DNA of 64,000 nucleotides, taken from the NCBI GenBank assembly GCA_039714255.1, contig JBDLJQ010000001.1, positions 13,818 to 77,817 on the forward strand, given 5' to 3'. The notes under the pieces were generated by a model, which saw only the letters and a program-made list of their open reading frames with translations, had not been told where the DNA came from and searched no databases. Position numbers and translations under genes: made by a program. Positions 57,300 through 64,000 of this stretch are shown one piece after another; position 1 is the stretch's first letter; the number at the start of each line of letters is the position of its first letter. This DNA comes from Acidobacteriota bacterium. GTDB taxonomy: Bacteria; Acidobacteriota; Aminicenantia; UBA2199.

Positions 57300-58895
57300 T
57301 CAACGGGAATAAACCGGAAAAGTAAGTTTCCTGTTCCATTCCGGCTCAACCCTGTTTTTATCCATATGATCAATAAGAAGAAGAGCAAACTTTATTGTCT
57401 GTTTCAACCCGCCCAGATCCCAACCCGGATCATATTCATCTTTAACGGTATGGTATTTTTCTGACCAGAATTTTTTATATAGATTTTTCCCGGAATTATC
57501 ATCCTCTCCCGCACTTATCCATATTGAAGGAATATTAGCCGCAGCAAATGGAAACTGGTCTGAGCGGAAATAAAAACCCTGATTTGACATTGAAAAATAT
57601 GAATATTTCAGGCCATCCTTTTCTGTAAGTTGTTTCAGTATATTTTCCATGGTGGAAAATCTTGCACCTACTCCCATAATACTTCCGGCTTTTCCCCAGA
57701 CCGGGGTTGATTCAAAATTAATATTTGCAATTATACGGGACCTGTCAAAATTTTCAACAAAATATTTTGTCCCGAGCAATCCTGACTCTTCTGCATTTGG
57801 AGCCAGAATAATAATTGAATAATAAAGATTTTTCTCAAATCTTTTTAATATTTTTGCAGTGAGAAGCATCGAAGTAACAGCTGTGCCGTTATCAAGAGCA
57901 CCGTTGTAGATATTATCACCTGCTTTTGAGGTGTCCATACCGAGGTGATCGATATGGGCACTTAAAACAATGCTTTTATTTGTTTTCCCCTTTATAAAAC
58001 CGATGACATTGTTGTTCATCACTTCACGGTGTTTCCCTTCTCCAGTCACTTTAAACTTAACTCCCAGGGAAACAGGTGAAAAATTTCTTTTGAGAGACCT
58101 TGCATATAGGTCTTCAAGGGAAAACCCGTTTTTTGCTAAAATAGTTTTTAAACTGCTCTCTTTTATCCATGCCCTGAACTTCATGTTCCCTTTAAGGCCG
58201 GATTCTATATAAAGGTCCTCTCCTCCCCATGAATTTTGTATAACATTCCATCCGTATCCCGCACTTTCATCTGTGTGAATAAGGAGTATTCCTGATGCTC
58301 CTCTCCTCTGTGCCTCCTCTATGTGATATTTCCACCTTCCGAAATATGTAAGGACCTTTCCTTCAAATATATCTTCCAGGAACATTCCGGGATCGTTTAC
58401 CCGGGCAATAACAAACTTACCGTCAATGTCATAATCCTTATAGTCATCCCAGTCCCACAAATCTGTTTTAATACCAAAGCCGATAAATACTCCGTCACCC
58501 TCAATTTCAAAATTATCAGAACCTCCTGTATAAGTTCCCACAATATCTTCAGGATAATTCAGTTTCGTCCCGCTGCATTCCAATATAAGGTCCTTTGTGG
58601 CAAATCCGAATAGTTTAAATGGCTGAAAATATGATTTACCCAGGGATTCGATATCCATGAACTTAAGCATTCCTCTTACATATTTTTCAGCAAGTTCACC
58701 ACCACGGGTTCCGGGAGCCCTCCCTTCAAAAAGATCATCACTGAAAAACTGAACAACACTTTGCATTTCTCTTCTGGAAATACTTTCCGCTGCCTCAGCC
58801 ATGGTACCGGAAGAATTTACCTCACAATTACTATTACAGTTCAAAACGACCAATGCGAAGAAGGAAATTATAAGAAGTTTAATATATTTAAACAT
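57300..58895 (-). CDS. M28 family aminopeptidase with PA domain (secreted)
   Basis: Signal peptide, a PA-domain insertion, and M28 motifs (SAHIDHLG, GALDNGT, EESGLLG). Confidence 0.8.
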   Translation of the reverse strand: MFKYIKLLIISFFALVVLNCNSNCEVNSSGTMAEAAESISRREMQSVVQFFSDDLFEGRAPGTRGGELAEKYVRGMLKFMDIESLGKSYFQPFKLFGFATKDLILECSGTKLNYPEDIVGTYTGGSDNFEIEGDGVFIGFGIKTDLWDWDDYKDYDIDGKFVIARVNDPGMFLEDIFEGKVLTYFGRWKYHIEEAQRRGASGILLIHTDESAGYGWNVIQNSWGGEDLYIESGLKGNMKFRAWIKESSLKTILAKNGFSLEDLYARSLKRNFSPVSLGVKFKVTGEGKHREVMNNNVIGFIKGKTNKSIVLSAHIDHLGMDTSKAGDNIYNGALDNGTAVTSMLLTAKILKRFEKNLYYSIIILAPNAEESGLLGTKYFVENFDRSRIIANINFESTPVWGKAGSIMGVGARFSTMENILKQLTEKDGLKYSYFSMSNQGFYFRSDQFPFAAANIPSIWISAGEDDNSGKNLYKKFWSEKYHTVKDEYDPGWDLGGLKQTIKFALLLIDHMDKNRVEPEWNRKLTFPVYSR

Positions 58896-58949
58896 TACAG
58901 GACTCCTTGATTCATAAATTTAAATATAACAAATCACAATTTTGAATTC

Positions 58950-58976
58950 AATAAAAAAGTGCCTGTCCCCTTTATT
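58950..58976 (+). repeat. direct repeat copy 2a (aataaaaaagtgcctgtcccctttatt)
   Basis: Identical 27-mer at 59244-59270. Shares the 18-nt core with the 40.6-kb locus. Confidence 0.95.
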
Positions 58977-59051
58977 AAGCTTTCAGCTAAAAGAAGAATA
59001 TGTATAAGGTGAGGGGCGAGAGGCTAATGGCAAGAGGAAAAGCAATTTTCT

Positions 59052-59080
59052 GAATTCTAATTAAAGTGCATTTCCCTATA
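59052..59080 (+). repeat. possible degenerate third copy of the locus-2 repeat
   Basis: gaattctaattaaagtgcatttccctata compared with gaattcaataaaaaagtgcctgtccccttta. The gaattc prefix is shared, and aaagtgcatttccc matches aaagtgcctgtccc at 12 of 14 positions. Confidence 0.3.
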
Positions 59081-59243
59081 CTCAGTCACTTCTATATAGA
59101 TATAAAAAGAATGGCGCAACCGATTATCTCTTTTGCGGATGATGAGGAAGTTTTGAGAATGTCGAGAAACGACGAATACTTCAGCTGGGAAAATGAGAAC
59201 ATTTTCCGCGGTAGCAAAAGGGATATCGGTGATAGCCATTTGA

Positions 59244-59270
59244 AATAAAAAAGTGCCTGTCCCCTTTATT
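59244..59270 (+). repeat. direct repeat copy 2b (aataaaaaagtgcctgtcccctttatt)
   Basis: Perfect copy of 58950-58976, 294 nt downstream. Confidence 0.95.
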
Positions 59271-59381
59271 CCTCCGGAAGATCTCCTGCAGCCGGCAACC
59301 CGCTACCATTGTTATTTAGAATGTAACACTTTTTTGGATTATTGTCCTGAAATCAGGACAAAACCTGAAATTATTTCTGGC

Positions 59382-59401
59382 AAATTTATTGCAATAAATT
59401 T
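59382..59401. promoter_or_regulatory. 20-bp perfect palindrome (AAATTTATTG|CAATAAATTT), candidate operator upstream of the VWFA gene
   Basis: Verified base by base. Lies 44 nt upstream of the ATG at 59445. A separate perfect 8-bp-stem hairpin, ttgtcctg-aaat-caggacaa, is at 59342-59361. Confidence 0.3.
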
Positions 59402-59444
59402 TCAGACAAAATGTTATTTATTAACAAGTTTACAAGGAGAGATC

Positions 59445-61091
59445 ATGAAAAATATTATATTTGTCACAATTCTAATTCTATCATTTTTTGTTTTTTTTTC
59501 CGGAAGTACTGTTTATTCTTTCCCTGAAAAAAAGGATATAAAACTGGAATATGATGTAAGTGTTAATGCAGTTATAATTCCGGTATTTGCCCTGGATAAA
59601 AAAGGAAATCCTGTTTTTGACCTCAAAAAAAAGGATATTGTATTATATGTAGATGGAAATCCCGTGGAAATAAATTCATTGAGCAGATATTCCCTCGAAG
59701 AAGAGGAGAAGTATTCCGAAAAGGTTAAAAAAACCATTAAGATCCCTGTAGTAAAAAGAAAAAATGTTGTACGTGAGAGGTATATTTTTATCCTTATTGA
59801 TTCCATATTCAACAGCCGGGACGGATACAGAAGGACAAAGGAGATTGCTGAAAAACTTATAAATCAGGGCAAAAAAGGGGATAAATTCATAGTGATCGAG
59901 CACCATCCCCTGAAAGGGTTGAATTATATCGGAGGCCCGGAAACAGGTAATGATATTTTAATAGAAAGAATAAAAGCCCTTAAACTTAATTTTGATAAAT
60001 GGTCAAATGAACTTTTCAGGCAGAGGTTACTTGGAAGTAATCTGGATAATAATATTTTCAGCCCTTCCGAACAGAGGCTCAAGGTTTTCCTGAAAATGAG
60101 CCAGGACCACCTTAAATCGGACAGGATGCGTTACAGGAACCAGATCATAAGGTATAGCAATATGTTGTCAAAATTCAAATATGCATTAAAATCAATAACC
60201 AAACCAAAACTGGTATTTTTAATATCCGAGGGTATGTCGCAGGGAAGTTTTCTTGAAACAGCGATAGGATTTGCAGCGGCTGATGCTAATGAAATGGATA
60301 GAGCAAATGACATGAAAGCTTCCGGAATGGGTTCCGGACAGTGGTCTATCCTCTGGGATTCAGAGAGGAAAGACAATTTTAAAATGCTTTTCTCCGGAGT
60401 AATGCTTGGATATCTGAAGAATGTTGTAAAAGCAATCAACCAGGGAAATTCGGTACTTTATTCCATAAATCCTGCAAAACCTTCCGATACACATCAGCCG
60501 AATATTTCCGGGGATATGAGTTTGAGATATCTTGCGGGTGAAAGCGGAGGGAAATATTATACCGGAACCAACACTGTGGAGATAGTTGAAAGGATAAATA
60601 AAAATACTTCAGCTTACTATGAATTATCATTTCTTATCCCGGAAAACATGAAGAAAAACCTCCATGTGAAGATCAGGTGTAAAAGAAAAGGTGTTAAAGT
60701 GAATACGGTTCAATATACCGAACTTAAGAAAAATTATGCTGATATGGATAAACTTCAGAAACAGGTATTTGCCTACAACCTTGCCAAAGGGGGAAAATGG
60801 AGCAACCTGATAGCAAAGGTGGTAAAGGAAAAATTCATAGTAAAAAAAACAGAAGGGGAAAAGGAAAATACATATAATATTGAATTTCCGAAAATATTGA
60901 TCGGGAAACATGCAGACATCTATATTATTACCGAAGATCCTGCAACCATGAAAATTGACATTAAAAAGAGAAAGAAGGTTTTATTAAAAGATATCGAAGA
61001 GGTCAAAATAAAAAAAGAGAAGGATAAAAGATATTATCTTGTGGTAGTTGAACCTGAGGAGACCCTGTCAATATCACTTCAGTTGAAATAA
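59445..61091 (+). CDS. secreted VWFA-related protein (Acidobacteria-type 'VWFA-related domain' N-terminus)
   Basis: AGGAG RBS and the MKNIIFVTILILSFFVFF signal peptide at 59445. YDVSVNAVIIPVFALDKKGNPVFDLKKKDIVLYVDGNPVEI is the characteristic opening of this family. The track start 59253 (a GTG inside the repeat) is rejected. Confidence 0.7.
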   Translation: MKNIIFVTILILSFFVFFSGSTVYSFPEKKDIKLEYDVSVNAVIIPVFALDKKGNPVFDLKKKDIVLYVDGNPVEINSLSRYSLEEEEKYSEKVKKTIKIPVVKRKNVVRERYIFILIDSIFNSRDGYRRTKEIAEKLINQGKKGDKFIVIEHHPLKGLNYIGGPETGNDILIERIKALKLNFDKWSNELFRQRLLGSNLDNNIFSPSEQRLKVFLKMSQDHLKSDRMRYRNQIIRYSNMLSKFKYALKSITKPKLVFLISEGMSQGSFLETAIGFAAADANEMDRANDMKASGMGSGQWSILWDSERKDNFKMLFSGVMLGYLKNVVKAINQGNSVLYSINPAKPSDTHQPNISGDMSLRYLAGESGGKYYTGTNTVEIVERINKNTSAYYELSFLIPENMKKNLHVKIRCKRKGVKVNTVQYTELKKNYADMDKLQKQVFAYNLAKGGKWSNLIAKVVKEKFIVKKTEGEKENTYNIEFPKILIGKHADIYIITEDPATMKIDIKKRKKVLLKDIEEVKIKKEKDKRYYLVVVEPEETLSISLQLK

Positions 61092-61127
61092 TAGGAACAA
61101 ATAATTATTATCAAAAATGGAGAATAG

Positions 61128-62426
61128 ATGAAAAAAAGATCAATAAAAACAATCGCTCTATTTTTATCGTTTTTAATTTTACTTCCGGAAATATCAATAC
61201 CTTCTGAGAAAGCACTAAAAACATTTTACAAAAATGGTGTAACTTCCTATGAAAAAGGTGATTATGAAGAAGCTGTTTTTCATCTGAATACCGGCCTTGA
61301 ACTTGTTCCAGTGGAAAAACCTGTATTCAAGGCAAAGATATTATTAATACTTGCCTCATGCTATACAAAACTTGGCAATGTTGAAAAATCGGAACAAACA
61401 CTTTCTCTCCTTAAACAACTTATAAAGAAAAAGAAACTGGAAGGAATTCCTTCCATCTATTTAACCGATTCTGACCAGCTTGTTGTGGAATTAAATCCTT
61501 CAAAATTGGCTGGTTACAGAAAAGTATTTAAAGATAATAAATACAAAGTTAAAAGGCTGATAGAAAAAGAGGGTATCCAAAAGACATCAAAAAAAAATAA
61601 AAAAAAGATATTGATGATAACCGGGGCCGTTATTATAGCAATTATTGCTGCTGTAATGATATTTAAGAGAAAAAAGGAGGAACCACCCCCGGAAGAGCCC
61701 TACAGGGAGGTAGAGTGGATCACGATCCCGGCCGGTGAGTTTGAGATGGGTGATGATAAAAATATCGGTGATCCCGACGAAAGGCCGCTCCATAAGGTTT
61801 ATCTTGATGAATATTCGATATCAAAATATGAAATAACCTTTGAACAGTTTGATAAATTTTGTGATGATACAGGAAGAGAAAGACCCAGCCCTCAAATATA
61901 TGGATTTAACAAATCTCTACCACGGGGTAAATTCCCTGTTGTAAACATAAACAGGAATGATGCAAATGCTTATTGTGACTGGTTATCACAAAAACTGGGG
62001 AGGAATATACATTTACCTACAGAGGCGCAGTGGGAAAAAGCTGCCCGGGGAACGGATAAAAGGACATATCCATGGGGAGATCAGATGCCAACCTCTACTT
62101 TGACAAACTGGCTGCCTCATGCTCCTTCTCATAAACCGCATATTGTAGGGTCTCATCCTGAAGGTAATTCACCATATGGAGTTTGTGATATGGCGGGGAA
62201 TGTATGGGAATTATGTAACGACTGGTATGATAAAAATTATTATAATGTGTCTCCATATAAAAACCCTCAGGGCCCCTTAAGCGGATCATGGAGGATATTA
62301 CGGGGAGGAAGTTACATTCAAAGTGAAGGTCCATGTAGAAGCACATATAGAAATGGAGGAAGTCCTTTTAATTTAATTAGTATAAAATATTCAAGTATAG
62401 GTTTTCGGCCGGTGATGGAGCATTAA
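61128..62426 (+). CDS. TPR - TM - formylglycine-generating-enzyme (SUMF1/FGE-sulfatase) domain protein
   Basis: Signal/anchor, TPR-like region, and a mid-protein TM (ILMITGAVIIAIIAAVMIF). Then an FGE-domain pattern: WITIPAGEFEMGDD, HKVYLDEYSISKYEIT, GNVWELCNDWY, RILRGGSY, IGFRPV. Confidence 0.8.
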   Translation: MKKRSIKTIALFLSFLILLPEISIPSEKALKTFYKNGVTSYEKGDYEEAVFHLNTGLELVPVEKPVFKAKILLILASCYTKLGNVEKSEQTLSLLKQLIKKKKLEGIPSIYLTDSDQLVVELNPSKLAGYRKVFKDNKYKVKRLIEKEGIQKTSKKNKKKILMITGAVIIAIIAAVMIFKRKKEEPPPEEPYREVEWITIPAGEFEMGDDKNIGDPDERPLHKVYLDEYSISKYEITFEQFDKFCDDTGRERPSPQIYGFNKSLPRGKFPVVNINRNDANAYCDWLSQKLGRNIHLPTEAQWEKAARGTDKRTYPWGDQMPTSTLTNWLPHAPSHKPHIVGSHPEGNSPYGVCDMAGNVWELCNDWYDKNYYNVSPYKNPQGPLSGSWRILRGGSYIQSEGPCRSTYRNGGSPFNLISIKYSSIGFRPVMEH

Positions 62427-62517
62427 AATATTAAGACTTCAGGTTGTACCAAACTTTATGAGGAAAAACAATTGCCTGCTCTCTAATTAAATTTGATTTT
62501 TAAATTATAAATTTTGG

Positions 62518-62736
62518 TTATTCTTCTGCTGTTATAAGTTCCTTTGCCCGATCAAGATCATCTCTCCTGACAAGGATATTAACCTTTCCAAGGCCGTCCA
62601 TTGTTATACCAAGCAGCCGTCCTACAGCTTCAAATTTTAAAACCGAAGGGATCTCAAAGGAATCCAGTTTTGATTTGATAACTTCCGCTTCGACCAATCC
62701 GTCAACAACGATCAGTTTTTCAAGATCTTTATCCAT
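62518..62736 (-). CDS. DUF2007-like small putative signal-transducing protein
   Basis: 72 aa. The pattern EAEVIKSKLDSFEIPSVL...VLVRRDDLDRAKELI is typical of DUF2007. Confidence 0.55.
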   Translation of the reverse strand: MDKDLEKLIVVDGLVEAEVIKSKLDSFEIPSVLKFEAVGRLLGITMDGLGKVNILVRRDDLDRAKELITAEE

Positions 62737-62796
62737 AACAATTCACTCCCCTTTTACAATACAGGGATATTAGATATTTTTCAACAAAAAGAAAAT

Positions 62797-63780
62797 TTAA
62801 AACCTGATCACAGACCCGCTCCAGGTAAACCCGGCTCCAAAAGCTGCCAGAAGTACATTATCACCTTCTTTTATCCTTCCGGATTTTCTGGCATGGTCCA
62901 AAGCTATCGGAACAGTTGCAGCTGATATATTTGCTATTTTATCAATATTAACAAATGTTTTTTCCATGGGGATCTTGGCCCTTCTTATAGTGGCTTCAAT
63001 TATCCTCATATTTGCCTGGTGAGGAACAAACAGATCAATATCTTCACCGGTCAATCCGGCACTTTCCAGAGCTTTCATGGCAGCTTCCTGCATTCTCAGA
63101 ACCGCATGTTTAAAAACCTCATTACCTTTCATATGAACTGTATGAAGCTTTTCAACAACGGTCTTCTCTGAAGCAGGCATTGCACTGCCGCCTGCAGGTT
63201 GCAGAAGAAGATCTCCAAGATTACCATCAGCACCCCAGTTTGAAGAAAGTATCCCGTCATCAGGCTTATCTGAAGTTCTTAAAATTGCAGCTCCGGCACC
63301 ATCACCGAAAAGGACGCAGGTATTTCTGTCTTCCCAGTTGATGACCTTTGACATGGTTTCAGCACCGGCAACAAGTATGGTTTTTGCTACTCCGGACCTG
63401 ATCAGGGAATCCGCCATTTTCAGAGTATATAAAAATCCGGAACAGGCAGCGCCTATGTCAAAAGACGGTATCGGTTTTAAACCCAGTTTTTTTTGTGCCC
63501 AGTTAGCTGTTGAAGGATATGCATTGTCGCCGGTAATGGTAGCCACGATCATAAGGTCGATCTCAGATTTATCTATTCCGGCATCCTCAATGGCCAGCTT
63601 AGCAGCTTCTGTTACAAGATCAGATGTAGCCTGGTCCTCAGATGCAAAATGCCTCTCTTTAATGCCGGTCCTTGAGGTTATCCATTCATCGGATGTATCA
63701 ACAATTTTTGCCCAGTCATCATTAGTCATTACCTTCTCGGGAAGGTAAGATCCGGTTCCGATTATTTTTGTATTATTCAA
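62797..63780 (-). CDS. fabH: beta-ketoacyl-ACP synthase III
   Basis: TKIIGTGSYLPEKV N-terminus, active-site GAACSGF, HQAN, and GAGFTWSGSVIRF. The apparent start codon is TTG. Confidence 0.9.
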   Translation of the reverse strand: MNNTKIIGTGSYLPEKVMTNDDWAKIVDTSDEWITSRTGIKERHFASEDQATSDLVTEAAKLAIEDAGIDKSEIDLMIVATITGDNAYPSTANWAQKKLGLKPIPSFDIGAACSGFLYTLKMADSLIRSGVAKTILVAGAETMSKVINWEDRNTCVLFGDGAGAAILRTSDKPDDGILSSNWGADGNLGDLLLQPAGGSAMPASEKTVVEKLHTVHMKGNEVFKHAVLRMQEAAMKALESAGLTGEDIDLFVPHQANMRIIEATIRRAKIPMEKTFVNIDKIANISAATVPIALDHARKSGRIKEGDNVLLAAFGAGFTWSGSVIRF

Positions 63781-64000
63781 CGATATTCTCTCTGAAATAG
63801 ATAGAAAAGATCTGAATCCCGAGCAGCCTGTTATCAGAATTTTTCGGGTCTAACTTGTTAGGTACAAATGTTTTACCGATCTTTATTATAAATTTGAACT
63901 CATCTCCCTCACCCATTTTGGATGCAGGAACTATATAATCAATTTTAAAATCCAGTTCTGCAGGGGTAAATTCATCCAGGAGGCTATCATTTATAAACAA
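63773..64000 (-). CDS. hypothetical protein, C-terminal fragment only (the gene enters from the right edge)
   Basis: Open frame to the window edge, with its stop overlapping the fabH start by 8 nt. No recognisable domain in the 75 visible residues. Confidence 0.4.
   Translation of the reverse strand: MFINDSLLDEFTPAELDFKIDYIVPASKMGEGDEFKFIIKIGKTFVPNKLDPKNSDNRLLGIQIFSIYFRENIVE

Noticed and set aside
59057-59248. Two 60-codon ORFs (59066..59248 + and 59057..59239 -) between the locus-2 repeats
   Set aside because: They are exact antisense partners of each other. Neither has a credible RBS or a recognisable domain. The internal ATG at 59112 (MAQPIISFADDEE...) is preceded only by an A-run. They cannot be excluded as a small protein, but nothing supports them.
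59253-59444. The N-terminal 64-codon extension of the VWFA protein in the ORF track (GTG start at 59253)
   Set aside because: The GTG lies inside the repeat motif. The extension contains the hairpin and the 20-bp palindrome. A strong AGGAG RBS and a canonical signal peptide begin at 59445.

Overview
AT-rich, densely coding bacterial chromosomal segment with about 60 genes. No rRNA, tRNA, CRISPR array, transposase or integrase was recognised. All protein calls come from reading motifs in the supplied translations; no database search was possible.

Gene content:
- Housekeeping: thiL, lon, hsp20, nrdR, uvrD/pcrA, pcm, relA/spoT, queH, fabH.
- A large gene set in three separate blocks (17658-26950, 31276-32451, 45950-57293) that matches the E. 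coli ygeW-ygeX-ygeY-hyuA / ssnA-ygfK-xdhD / xdhABC neighbourhood. This is the 'selenium-dependent molybdenum hydroxylase' / anaerobic purine-urate catabolism cluster.
- Modules lying between those blocks: a LemA-TPM-TPM module, cfa, a porin-SSS transporter pair, a GH92 mannosidase-ROK-MFS glycan module, and a NikR-controlled nik/cbi(K)MQO nickel/cobalt ECF importer.
- Right end: an M28 peptidase, a VWFA-type secreted protein of the kind typical of Acidobacteria, and a TPR-TM-FGE/SUMF1-domain protein.

The VWFA domain type, the AT richness and the anaerobic gene content suggest an Acidobacteriota/Aminicenantes-like anaerobe. This is inference only.

The most unusual signal is non-coding. An 18-nt core, AAAAAAGTGCCTGTCCCC, occurs four times, always on the + strand. 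The copies form two direct-repeat pairs that lie in the only two long intergenic regions of the window.
- One pair (40606-40795) brackets a 150-nt island of about 61% G+C. The island has terminal inverted repeats and internal hairpins, so it is either a candidate structured ncRNA or a miniature mobile element.
- The other pair (58950-59270) brackets about 270 nt of AT-rich DNA with no convincing ORF.

I cannot assign either locus to a known RNA or element family from memory.
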